From contig CP064962.1 of assembly GCA_016699145.1 (NCBI GenBank), positions 60,001 to 92,000 on the forward strand: a DNA stretch of 32,000 nucleotides, in the 5' to 3' direction. This stretch comes from Candidatus Saccharimonadota bacterium (GTDB taxonomy: Bacteria; Patescibacteriota; Gracilibacteria; UBA1369; 2-02-FULL-48-14). The notes beneath the pieces were generated by a model. That model searched no databases. It saw only the letters and a program-made list of their open reading frames with translations, and was not told the origin of the DNA. Positions 23,138 to 32,000 of the stretch are shown here, piece after piece (position 1 is the stretch's first letter; the number at the start of each line of letters is the position of its first letter). A program made the translations under genes and the position numbers.

Positions 23138-24585
23138 TCAATTCCTAATCAAGGTCTTTATCTGAGATTCTAAGGCTGATTGAACTTGATTCATGTAATC
23201 CGCAGGAATCTTTGAAAGATCCAATTCCTCCAAAGGCAAATATTTCAGCGGGTCCACTCGCACCCCATCCTGCCACACCTCAAAGTGCAAGTGAGGTCCT
23301 GTGGTTCGCGCTCCGGCACCCATGCTGCCCGGATTCCCGCCACTGTACCCGAGCAACTGTCCTCGAGTCACATAATCGCCAATCGCCACTGCCGGCGCAG
23401 AAATATGTCCATACAAAGTGACCACTCCCATGCGATGAGCCACCGTAATATAGGCGTAACGCGTGGACTCTGGATCGTAAACCACATTTTGAACCACTCC
23501 TTCTGCCGGAGCAAAAATGGAAGACCCCTGTTTGGATCGAATGTCGAGCGCATAATGGTCCACTCCAAACGTAGCCTGATACCCACCATCATGAAAAAAA
23601 GCCGTCAAACCGCCCGCCGGGGGGGTGGGCCAATCCAAATCCAATATGTTGGAGGCATCGGTCACGCTGAATTCCGCTGCCATGTCTGCTTGAATTTGAG
23701 CGATCACAGCTTTTTGATCTTCCGAAAGCAAGGCATTGGAGTCTGCAAGTTTTTTCTCAAGCAGATCAATATTGTTTTGATAAATGCGAATCTCACTTTC
23801 CAAATCGCCTTCGCGTTGATCCGCAGAGCCGAGCATGGCCTCCAAAATGGATTTTTCAGCCTGAGTCTCATCCAAAATTTCACTTTGATGCATTTTTTCC
23901 ACCTCAAGCGCGGCCAATTCTTCCATCAATTTCACTTCACTTTCACTCAGTTCACTTTGTTTTTGACGGATGGCCTCCCAATGGTCACCCAATTCCTGGG
24001 TGAGTGCCGTCAAATTTCCAATGTGTTTTTTGGTTTCTCCGGCCACGACATTCAAATAAGTGATTTCTTGCAAAGTTTGTGAAACCGAGTCGGGGCTGGC
24101 CAAAATCTTAACTGGATTCACCCCTTCTTTGTTGTAATAAACATCGCGTTTCATATACAAGAGCATCATCAGCTCTTTTACGATTTGTTTTTCTTCTTCC
24201 CTTTGAATTTCCAAATTTTTAACCTTATTTTGCAAATCTTGCAGCTCCATATTCTTGGCTTCTTCTTGAGTTTTAACGTTTAAAATCTGACGCTGCGTGT
24301 CTTCAATTTGTTCCTCCAAATTCTCTAGAATTTTTTCCAAATTGGCGATGGATTCAAGGGCTTCCTCCATGTTTTTTGAGCGGTCTCCAAGTTCTCCTCC
24401 AATAAGGTGTAGCGATATTGAATTTGAGCCACTTTTTGCTTGAGTTGCAGCAGTAAAGTGTTTTGTTCCACAATGCCCGTCAGAGTTTGTGTACTCACGC
24501 CTTCCGCCTCATCAGCTCGAACAGGAGGGACAAAGAGGGAAAGCAATAGCCCCAAAATCACGACGATAGCAAAGATCTTTTTCAT
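23138..24585 (-). pseudogene. EnvC-like coiled-coil M23 (LytM) peptidase, reading frame split at a homopolymer
   Basis: The signal peptide and coiled-coil start (ORF 24325-24585, MKKIFAIVVILG...) continue in a different frame as ORF 23138-24370. That ORF has a long coiled coil and the C-terminal M23 motifs DIRS...GxxV, HRMG...LYGH and GPHLHFEVW. Adding one A to the A6 run (plus-strand T6 at 24372-24377) joins them as ...LETAQKNMEEALES.... Confidence 0.8.
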
Positions 24586-24620
24586 TTGTGTTTTAATCTG
24601 TTGATGATAACACAAATACC

Positions 24621-25682
24621 TCAGGAATTCAAGGGACCCAGTCCCAAATAACGTTCAATCAATTTCACGTTCGCCGCCGGAAAGGCCATATCTTTCAATT
24701 CCTGAGGAGGCACAAAGCGCCACTCGCTGGCGGCCGTAAGGCGAACCTGGTCGCCAAGAGGTTCAGCCAAATAACAGTGCAAATCCACCTGATAGCGAGT
24801 GTAAGCGTGTTGCAGATTCATGAGGAAGCGCAAAGGACCTAAACTCAAGCCCGTTTCTTCTAAAACTTCACGTCGCAAGGCCTCTTCAATGCTCTCACCG
24901 GGCTCCACTTTTCCACCTGGAAATTCCCAAAGCCCACCCATCAGACCTTTTTCATGCCGTTTTTGCACAAAAACTTTGCCTTCTTTTTCTAAAATCGCAA
25001 TCGCCACTTGAATTTTCACCTTGCTGGGCCCGGGACCCTTGTTTGGCAAACTCACTACCGTGCCGGCTTCAAAAGCCTTGCAATGTGCCTGAACCGGGCA
25101 GCTCGAGCATTTGGGATTTTTAGGTGCACAAATGAGGGCTCCGAGTTCCATGAGTCCTTGATTGAAATCCCTAGCCTGACCCGGAGGCAATAACTCTGCT
25201 GCTCGAGTCCAAAAAAAGTTCATGTTTTTCTTCACATCTCCTTTAAAATTTTCCAGACGACTGAGCACACGCACCACATTGCCATCCACTGCCGCTTGAT
25301 TTTGATTGAAGGCGATGCTGCAAATGGCTCCTGCGGTGTAAGGTCCAATGCCGGGCAAGGACAAAACCACCTCAAAATTCGAAGGAAAAACACCGCCGTG
25401 TTTTTCTACAATCTGCCTCGCTGCTTTTTGCAAATTGCGAGCGCGGGAATAATAACCCAGCCCTTCCCACAGTTTCAGCACCTGTTCTTCGGGGGCCGCC
25501 GCCAGTGCTTCCAAGTTTGGAAAAACCTTCATCCAACGGTCAAAATAGGGGAGCACGGTCGCCACCTGGGTTTGCTGCAGCATGATTTCTGAGATCCAAA
25601 CCTGATAGGGCTCGTAATGAAGCCGCCAAGGCAGCTTTCTTTGCTCTGTTTTGAACCAAGATAAAAGATCGTCTTGAAACAT
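24621..25682 (-). CDS. mutY: A/G-specific adenine DNA glycosylase
   Basis: 353 aa. It has LPWR...PYQVWISEIMLQQTQV, the HhH-GPD motif LPGIGPYTAGAI, the 4Fe-4S cluster CxxxxxxCxxCxxxxxC (CAPKNPKCSSCPVQAHC) and a C-terminal NUDIX-like domain (GLWEFPGGKVEPGES). Confidence 0.9.
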   Translation of the reverse strand: MFQDDLLSWFKTEQRKLPWRLHYEPYQVWISEIMLQQTQVATVLPYFDRWMKVFPNLEALAAAPEEQVLKLWEGLGYYSRARNLQKAARQIVEKHGGVFPSNFEVVLSLPGIGPYTAGAICSIAFNQNQAAVDGNVVRVLSRLENFKGDVKKNMNFFWTRAAELLPPGQARDFNQGLMELGALICAPKNPKCSSCPVQAHCKAFEAGTVVSLPNKGPGPSKVKIQVAIAILEKEGKVFVQKRHEKGLMGGLWEFPGGKVEPGESIEEALRREVLEETGLSLGPLRFLMNLQHAYTRYQVDLHCYLAEPLGDQVRLTAASEWRFVPPQELKDMAFPAANVKLIERYLGLGPLNS

Positions 25683-25776
25683 GGGAGCAGTGTAGCACGA
25701 ATTTCAGCTTGCAAAACGCTCAAAATACCCTTAAAATCCACCCGCTTATTGAAGCGAAACTTATTTTTTCCCTACT

Positions 25777-26055
25777 ATGTCACACAAAAAAGCTGGAGGT
25801 TCGAGTAAAAATGGACGCGATTCAAACGCGAAGCGCCTCGGCGTGAAGCGTTTTGGAGGGGAAACGGTAACAACGGGCACGGTTTTGATTCGTCAAAAAG
25901 GAACAAAATGGCACCCCGGTGAAAACGTGGGAGTGGGGCGCGACTTTACGCTCTTTGCTTTGACCGACGGAGTGGTGTCTTACGCTGAAAAACGCCTTAA
26001 AAAATTCGACCGTCGCAGCAAATTCAACACGGTGGTGAGCATCCTCACAAAATAA
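25777..26055 (+). CDS. rpmA: 50S ribosomal protein L27
   Basis: 92 aa. [29 protein letters not shown]...[11 protein letters not shown] is the canonical L27 sequence. Confidence 0.95.
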   Translation: MSHKKAGGSSKNGRDSNAKRLGVKRFGGETVTTGTVLIRQKGTKWHPGENVGVGRDFTLFALTDGVVSYAEKRLKKFDRRSKFNTVVSILTK

Positions 26056-26110
26056 TTGCTTTTCCTCCTGGAAATGAGTATTCTTTGAGGGATTTTTAAC
26101 GTTTCACGCC

Positions 26111-26371
26111 ATGAAAACAACTCTAAATCCTTTAGCTGCAGCCCTTTCGATGGGAGTCGCTTGGGCGATCAGCCTTTTTGTGATGACACTCATCGGCTCT
26201 CAAACGGGCTTTTTGGGCAACTTTTTGCATATCTTGGAAGACGTGTATCCTTGGTATGAATTGTCTCCAAAAGGGGCCGTTATTGGCCTGGTCTGGGGCT
26301 TTTTAGATGGATTCATTGGGGTCTACGTTTTGGTTTGGCTTTACAACTTTTTCGTTAAAAAACTCAAGTAA
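26111..26371 (+). CDS. small two/three-TM membrane protein
   Basis: 86-aa hydrophobic ORF. No recognisable family. Confidence 0.45.
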   Translation: MKTTLNPLAAALSMGVAWAISLFVMTLIGSQTGFLGNFLHILEDVYPWYELSPKGAVIGLVWGFLDGFIGVYVLVWLYNFFVKKLK

Positions 26372-27054
26372 ATGTCTTTGGAGTCCTTTTTCGGTTTAGA
26401 CACGCAAGGAACAGCTCCGGGTAGTGCGGAATCGCGCGAAGCGTTTCAGGAAATGATGCGTGAAAGCGCAAAAGCCGCAGCCGCCATCGGAGCGCATCAG
26501 GCTGCCCAAAAAAAGCAAGAAGACAAGCTCGCAAAAGTGCTGATGAAAATGTTGAAAGATCCCAAAAAAGCAGACATCGTTTTTTTGGTCATCAAGCTTT
26601 TGCAAGAAAATGTTCCAGGAGCTTTCGTGCTTGCCATGCTCTTGATTTCAGATTCGGAATTGGAAAAGAACTTTTAAAAGACGCAAACCAAGACTCAACT
26701 GAGAAAAACAGCGATGCGGCTGAACTGACTCAATTTGCAGGGGAAGCTCTAATTCCTGACTCCATAAAAAAAGAACTCAATGCTTGGGGTGAAGCCATTC
26801 TAAAAGCAGGTCTGCTCATGCCTGGCAAAACTTTGCAAGGGGTGCTCACTCCCGATCAAAAACTCAAATCGCTCATCCTCGACTTGCTCCAATTTTCACT
26901 TGAGGAATACTTCCACCGTCACGGACTGGAATTCTCTGAAGAAAAAATCCGTGAAGTGGCACTGCTCAGCATTCAAACAGTGCTCCTCAAACTTCGGACA
27001 ATGAATCAAGAAAAATCAGACATCGAAATCATTGAAACTCCGCTCAAAGATTAA
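26372..27054 (+). pseudogene. hypothetical protein apparently split by a 1-nt frameshift
   Basis: ORF 26372-26677 stops at TTTTAA. The adjacent frame is open from 26464 and has no ATG until 26818. It reads as plausible protein (LLKDANQDSTEKNSDAAELTQFAGEALIPDSIKKELNAWGEAILK...). One extra T in the T4 run (26672-26675) would fuse the two parts into about 227 aa. Confidence 0.45.
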
Positions 27055-27065
27055 CCTCCACGCAA

Positions 27066-28451
27066 ATGGCTTCTCACATCGGAATCATGGGTCTAGGCAC
27101 CATGGGCACTGCCTTGGCACGCAATATCGCCTCGCGCGGTTATAAAGTGAGCGTATGGAATCGCTCTCACGAAAAAGTCACCGATTTCATTTCAAAATAC
27201 GGGGATCAATCTTTTTATGGAGCCGAACACATCGAAGATTTCGTGGAAAGTTTGGAAAAACCTCGAAAAATCATCATGCTGGTGCCTGCTGGTGCGCCCA
27301 CCGAAGAAGCTCTTCAAAACGTGACTCGGGCCTTGGAAGAAGGCGACTGTTTGATGGATGGAGGCAATGCGCACTTCAAAGACACGGAGCGTTTCCAGGC
27401 CCAGTTGAAGGAGCAAGGCATTATTTTTTTGGGTTGTGGTGTGTCAGGCGGAGAGCAGGGAGCACTCTACGGTCCTAGCCTCATGCCCGGAGGGGAGCGA
27501 GAAGCCTATGGGCATTTTGAAGAAATCCTTTCTAAAATCGCCGCAGAAGATTTCAGTGGCAAAGCATGCGTGGCCTACATGGGCAAGGGAGGAGCCGGTC
27601 ATTATGTTAAAATGGTGCACAACGGAATTGAATATGCCGAAATGCAAATGCTTGCGGAGGCCTATGATTTGCTGACACGCATTTACAAATTGCCTCAGGA
27701 AGAATTGATCGACATTTTTCAAAGCTGGGACCGTGGCCCCTTGGATTCTTTTTTAACCGGGATCACGGTTGAAGTTTTAGAGAAAAAAGAAGGAGAGAAA
27801 CCTTTGCTGAATTTGATTTTAGACAAGGCGGGGCAAAAGGGAACGGGTCGCTGGACCAGCGAAGAAAGTTTGGCTTTAGGTGCGCCAACACCCGCCCTCA
27901 CCGAGGCTGTTTTCGCCCGCAGTTTGTCCGCTTTAAAAGAGCTGCGACTCGAATTGGCTGAAAAAATTGTAAGCACCGACTTAGCGCCCTCCCTTTTGCT
28001 TTCAGATTTTGTAAACGACTTGGAAAAAGCTTTGCTTTTGAGTCGCACTTTGAATTTTGTTCAAGGCTTGGAACTGCTGCGACTTGCAAATCAAGAATAC
28101 GACTATGAATTGAATTTTCCAGAAATCATTCGCGTGTGGCAAGGGGGATGCATCATTCGTTGTGAGCGGCTCAAAGACATGCACGAAGCCTTGCTCCAAA
28201 ATGAATCTCTTTTGCAATCGACTTGGTTCCAAAAAACCATGCAAGAAAATTTACAAAATTTAAGGCGAATCGTCTCCACCGCTGCCGCTCGTGGCATTCC
28301 ACTTTTCGTGCTCGGAGCCAATCTGACTTATGCAGAAGCTTTGCGCAGCGCGGTGCTTCCGGCTCGTCTCATTCAAGGGCTTCGAGATCGCTTCGGTGCG
28401 CACGGCTTTGAACGTGTCGATCAGCCCGGTCACTTTCACGCTCAATGGTAA
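27066..28451 (+). CDS. gnd: 6-phosphogluconate dehydrogenase (decarboxylating)
   Basis: 461 aa. It has the N-terminal Rossmann motif GIMGLGTMGTALARNIA, plus GGNAHF, GCGVSGGEQGALYGPSLMPGG and KMVHNGIEYAEMQ. Confidence 0.9.
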   Translation: MASHIGIMGLGTMGTALARNIASRGYKVSVWNRSHEKVTDFISKYGDQSFYGAEHIEDFVESLEKPRKIIMLVPAGAPTEEALQNVTRALEEGDCLMDGGNAHFKDTERFQAQLKEQGIIFLGCGVSGGEQGALYGPSLMPGGEREAYGHFEEILSKIAAEDFSGKACVAYMGKGGAGHYVKMVHNGIEYAEMQMLAEAYDLLTRIYKLPQEELIDIFQSWDRGPLDSFLTGITVEVLEKKEGEKPLLNLILDKAGQKGTGRWTSEESLALGAPTPALTEAVFARSLSALKELRLELAEKIVSTDLAPSLLLSDFVNDLEKALLLSRTLNFVQGLELLRLANQEYDYELNFPEIIRVWQGGCIIRCERLKDMHEALLQNESLLQSTWFQKTMQENLQNLRRIVSTAAARGIPLFVLGANLTYAEALRSAVLPARLIQGLRDRFGAHGFERVDQPGHFHAQW

Positions 28452-29907
28452 AAATGCCAAAAAAAGAAATCCCATTTCAAATCGCTAAAACGCCATTCAC
28501 TTTGGTGATTTTTGGCGCTTCGGGTTCATTGGCCAGGCTCAAATTGTTCCCCGCCATTTATGAATTGCTCAAAGAAAAACGTCTGACCAAAGAATTCAAA
28601 ATTGTAGGCTATGCCCGAACGCCCATGAGCAATGAAAAATTCAGAGCCTTTTTCTCAAAATCCATTCATGAACACAATTCTAACGTGGATGAAAAACTGC
28701 TCAAAGAATTGTTGAGCCAGGTTTTTTATTTTTCAGGATCTTACGAAGCCGCTGAGGATTATCAAAATTTTAAAAAAGAATTGGAGTCGCTAGAACAAGA
28801 AAAAAAACGCATCCGCATCGCTTATTTTTCAGTGCCACCCACCGTCTTTCCGGCCGTGTTTGAAAATTTGGCCAAGGTTAATTTTGACACACCCAAGACC
28901 TCCTTGCGTCTGGTCATCGAAAAACCTTTTGGCACCGATTTGAAAAGCGCCAAAACTCTGCAAAAACTTTTAAAAAAACGCTTCAAAAGCGAACAAATTT
29001 TCCTGCTGGATCACTACCTGGGCAAAGAGGCCGTCAGCAACTTGCTTTCGCTGCGTTATGCCAATTCCATTCTCACTTCCTTGTTGAGTTCCGAATACGT
29101 CGCCAACATTCAAATTTCAGCGCTTGAAAGCAAAGATATTGAAGGTCGCGCCAACTATTTCGATCAAGTTGGGGTTTTAAAAGACATGATCCAATCTCAC
29201 CTTTTACAGGTCTTGGCATATTTTGCCATTTACGCTCCACGCGAAAAAACGGCTGCTGCCATTCATCATGAAAAAGCACGAGTGCTGCGAGGTGTGACTT
29301 TGTATCCCTTGGATGAATCCGTCGTGCGTGGACAATATCGCGGTTATACAAAGAAAAAGGGGTTCCGATCCACTCGCAAACCGAAACCTACGCGGCGCTC
29401 AAACTCAAGCTCAAACATGGACTCTGGAAAAACGTGCCCATCTACATTCGTAGTGGAAAATCCTTGAGCCAAAAATGGACTGCAGTAACGATTGAATTCA
29501 AGCCCAGAAAAGCTCAGAGAGAGACGCCCAATCTTCCACCGAATCGCATCGTGATCCAACTTCAGCCCTATGAAAAAATTGAATTTCATTTGCTCACCAA
29601 ATTGGGCGGAAAAACATTCGACTTCCATGAACTCACCACCGGTCGCCCTATTTATTGCAGCGGCGATTGCTTGGTGGAACACGGGCGTTTGCTCCTAGAT
29701 GTACTCGAAGGACGACAAGATCTGTTTCTCAATTTTGAAGAAATTTTTGAAGCTTGGCGCATCGTCGATCCCATTCAAAAAACTTGTGATCGTATGAAAC
29801 GCGACCACTGCAAATTGCACATTTATAAAAAAGGCGAGCTGGGCCCCAAAGCCGCCGACCAGCTACTCAAAAAAGATGGATTTAAATGGTTTAACCCTGA
29901 AAAATGA
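28445..29907 (+). pseudogene. zwf: glucose-6-phosphate dehydrogenase, reading frame split at a homopolymer
   Basis: The N-terminal ORF has FGASGSLARLKLFPAIYEL, EKPFG, DHYLGKE and VRGQY, then degenerates into a basic nonsense tail. The adjacent frame reads VPIHSQTETYAALKLKLKHGLWKNVPIYIRSGKSL and continues to the normal C-terminus (track ORF 29434-29907). One extra base in A5G4 (29354-29362) restores GYTKKKGVPIHSQTETY. Confidence 0.85.
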
Positions 29908-30590
29908 CCCTACATTCTTTCAGCGACGAAAATGACTTTTGGAAGGCGACTTTGAAGAGCAGCTTGAAAATCATTGAAGAGGCATTGAAAAAGCACGGCC
30001 AAGTGCGCATCGGCTTAGCCGGAGGAAGCACGCCTAAAAAACTCTACGAAGACTTGGCTCAAGAAAATTTACCCTGGCAAAAAATCACATGGATTGTAGT
30101 GGATGAACGTTATGTGCCCGACGAAGATCCAGAGAGCAATCGGCACATGCTGCGCCAAGCTCTGTTTGAGCCTGCTCACATTCCGCATGAGAATCAAGTC
30201 ACTTTTGATATCACTTTGAGTCCTGAAGAAGCCACAATAGGAATGAGTCAAAAACTTAAGCGTTTGGAAGAGGCTCGCATGCCCCTCTTCGATTTGCTCA
30301 TTTTAGGTGCAGGCAAAGACGGTCACATCGCTTCACTATTTGAAGGTGATCCTCATTTGCACACCAAGGAACTGGCCTACACAGTGCACGCTCCAGCTGA
30401 ATATAAAACCACTCAACGACTCACTCTTTCTTTAAGAATCCTCAGTCATTCCACTCGTGGGCTACTCTTGTTGAAAGGGAAGGAAAAAAGATCTGTACTG
30501 AAAACCCTTGAAGGGGAACCCATTCTTCCTCTCACAGCTTTGAAAAGTCTCACCGCAAAAGTACCTACGGAAGTGTTTTTTTGCCCTTAA
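29904..30590 (+). CDS. pgl: 6-phosphogluconolactonase
   Basis: 228 aa. Motifs are IGLAGGSTPKKLYEDL, VDERYV and LILGAGKDGHIASLF. ATGA overlap with the zwf stop. Confidence 0.85.
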   Translation: MTLHSFSDENDFWKATLKSSLKIIEEALKKHGQVRIGLAGGSTPKKLYEDLAQENLPWQKITWIVVDERYVPDEDPESNRHMLRQALFEPAHIPHENQVTFDITLSPEEATIGMSQKLKRLEEARMPLFDLLILGAGKDGHIASLFEGDPHLHTKELAYTVHAPAEYKTTQRLTLSLRILSHSTRGLLLLKGKEKRSVLKTLEGEPILPLTALKSLTAKVPTEVFFCP

Positions 30591-31999
30591 AAGAGGGCTT
30601 TAGTGGCTTCCACAACAGCCTCAATCCCGAGTCCCGCTTTCCCATAGAGTTCATCCGAGCTTCCCGACAGTTGATACTTTGAAACGCCCAGTCGCTTCAC
30701 GGGTACCAGAACTCCCGCTTCAAACAAAGCTTCTTGCACAAAACTGCCGAGTCCGGTGTCAATATTGTGATCATGCACCGTCACTACGCGTCCCGTTTTC
30801 TTAGCGCTGGCCGCTACTGTTTCGAAATCAAAAGGGATGAAGCTACTCACAGCAATCACCTCGATGTCGCCACCCAGTTGTTCTGCCGCCTTCAGCGCAT
30901 AGATCACCATGGGTCCGCTCGCGACGATCGTCGCTCGCTTGCCCTCTCTAAGCACATCCGCCTTGCCAGGGTTAAACTCATAGTCACCCGCAAAGAACGG
31001 AGTGCCATCTTCGCGCAAAATCACAGGGATTTTGGAACGCCCCATGCGCACATAAACATTGCCAGGATGACTCGCCACGTAACGAATAATGCGGTCGCAT
31101 TGGTTGGGGTCGGCGGGTTCAAAAATCTGAGTGTGAAAAAATCCAGCAAAGGAACTGATGTCATCAATCGCTTGGTGGGTCGGTCCATCTTCGCCAACCG
31201 AAAGTCCGCAGTGCGTGGCCACCATTTTCACATTGGTTTCATTGATGTCGTTGACACGCGCTTGATCCTTAGCACGACTCGTCATGAAGGCACCGAAAGT
31301 GCTGCAGAAGGGCACAAAGCCGCGCAGTGAAAGTCCACCCGCAGCGCTGACCATATGTTGCTCCGCAATGCCACATTCAATGTGCCGCTGCGGGAAAAGT
31401 TTTTTCACACCATCGGTTTTCACACTTTCCGCAAGGTCTGCCGTCATCGCCAGCACATGCGGATTCAAAGTCGCAAGCTCAGCCAGTGCTGCTCCATACG
31501 CACCGCGGCAGTCGGTCATCACATCGGCGGCATAGGTTTTAGCTTCGCCTGGATTCACCGGCGCCACTTCCACGTCCATAGGAGTTTTGATCGCGATCTT
31601 CAAGCCAGCAAGCCCTCTATCCAAAACCCCCTGTTCTTCTGCTGAAAGTTCAATGATCCCTACCGCCGCAGCTGCTTCCTCTTTTTTAGGAGATTTTCCA
31701 TGCCAGTCCGATTTTTTTTCCAGACCTTTGCCTTCCATGAATTCGATGCCTTTACCCATCACGGTTTTGCCCAAAATCACGCTGGGTCGGTCCGTCACTG
31801 CCTCTGCCTCTTGAATAGCTGCCCACAGCGCTTGCAAATCATGGCCGTCGACTTCTTGCACGTGCCACCCGGCCGCTTCATAGTGACCGCGAATGTTGAT
31901 CGGCATAATCGCCTCCAGTGAATCCGTGAGTTGCACTTCGTTATAGTCCACAAAGAGCAGCAAATTGTTGAGCTTGTATTTCGCAGCAAAATTCATCAT
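30587..31999 (-). CDS. tkt: transketolase (partial; the 5' end lies beyond the window)
   Basis: The ORF is open to the window edge. The sequence runs from the end of the TPP-binding domain (NLLLFVDYNEVQL) through the Pyr domain (GIAEQHMVSAAGGLS, FCSTFGAF) to the C-terminal domain. Its stop overlaps the pgl stop convergently. Confidence 0.85.
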   Translation of the reverse strand: MMNFAAKYKLNNLLLFVDYNEVQLTDSLEAIMPINIRGHYEAAGWHVQEVDGHDLQALWAAIQEAEAVTDRPSVILGKTVMGKGIEFMEGKGLEKKSDWHGKSPKKEEAAAAVGIIELSAEEQGVLDRGLAGLKIAIKTPMDVEVAPVNPGEAKTYAADVMTDCRGAYGAALAELATLNPHVLAMTADLAESVKTDGVKKLFPQRHIECGIAEQHMVSAAGGLSLRGFVPFCSTFGAFMTSRAKDQARVNDINETNVKMVATHCGLSVGEDGPTHQAIDDISSFAGFFHTQIFEPADPNQCDRIIRYVASHPGNVYVRMGRSKIPVILREDGTPFFAGDYEFNPGKADVLREGKRATIVASGPMVIYALKAAEQLGGDIEVIAVSSFIPFDFETVAASAKKTGRVVTVHDHNIDTGLGSFVQEALFEAGVLVPVKRLGVSKYQLSGSSDELYGKAGLGIEAVVEATKALF

Positions 32000-32000
32000 T

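Noticed and set aside
23285-24082. 265-aa plus-strand ORF, with smaller ones nearby, antisense to the M23 peptidase gene
   Set aside because: It lies entirely inside a gene with clear M23 and coiled-coil motifs on the other strand. Its translation is low-complexity and rich in Arg/His/Phe, as expected from reading a Glu/Leu/Lys-rich coiled coil in antisense. There is no start context.
25683-26055. rpmA stands alone downstream of divergent mutY, without the usual rplU (L21) gene upstream
   Set aside because: Operon rearrangements of ribosomal protein genes are common. Nothing in the sequence suggests more than ordinary gene-order variation.
26663-26680. Programmed -1 ribosomal frameshifting as an explanation for the split genes (also at 24372-24377 and 29354-29362)
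   Set aside because: None of the three sites has a canonical slippery heptamer with a downstream stimulatory structure. All three are repaired by adding one base to a homopolymer, which points to indel error or simple mutation.
30734-31330. 198-aa plus-strand ORF, plus 31284-31921 ORFs, antisense to transketolase
   Set aside because: The opposite strand encodes unmistakable transketolase motifs. The antisense translations are Arg/Ser/His-rich with no recognisable features.
1-32000. Alternative genetic code (UGA recoding, as in some candidate-phyla bacteria)
   Set aside because: Long ORFs with conserved motifs are intact under the standard code. TGA is used as a sensible stop at coupled gene junctions, for example 3527-3529 and 14941-14943.
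1-32000. CRISPR arrays or other regularly spaced short repeats
   Set aside because: I saw no repeat-spacer periodicity in any intergenic region. The intergenic regions are short, and the longest (about 145-195 nt) contain only the hairpins described.

Overview
This window looks like a bacterial chromosome segment, uses the standard genetic code, and has three parts.

(1) 1-10.05 kb: uppP, followed by a metal and thiol homeostasis cluster. It holds two tandem CDF exporters, a DsbA-like oxidoreductase operon with two paralogous CxxC membrane proteins, a CsoR/RcnR-family repressor, a double beta-propeller lipoprotein, a Met-rich multicopper oxidase, a DsrE-like protein and an ICMT-like protein.

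(2) About 10.1-23.0 kb: an AT-richer mosaic accessory island that ends at a tRNA-Gln(UUG).
- A Zn-ribbon/HTH gene pair.
- A very AT-rich three-gene operon whose middle protein carries a HEPN R-x4-H motif.
- A translationally coupled operon of ParB-methyltransferase, methyltransferase, TerS-like HTH protein and TerL, with no phage structural genes.
- An SLH surface protein with three novel repeats, sitting behind a structured, terminator-containing leader.
- A Shedu-like DUF4263 nuclease.
- A large serine recombinase followed by a stand-alone ComEC-type MBL hydrolase and a 4-TM protein.

(3) 23.1-32 kb: GC-richer core genes. These are an EnvC-like M23 peptidase, mutY, rpmA, gnd-zwf-pgl and a partial tkt. 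Three of these genes are broken by 1-nt deletions in homopolymer runs.

The best candidates for undescribed systems are the HEPN operon and the recombinase-linked MBL + 4-TM pair. The orphan methyltransferase/terminase operon and the DsbA/CxxC-membrane operon come next.

All calls rest on reading motifs in the supplied translations and the DNA. No database search or structure prediction was possible.
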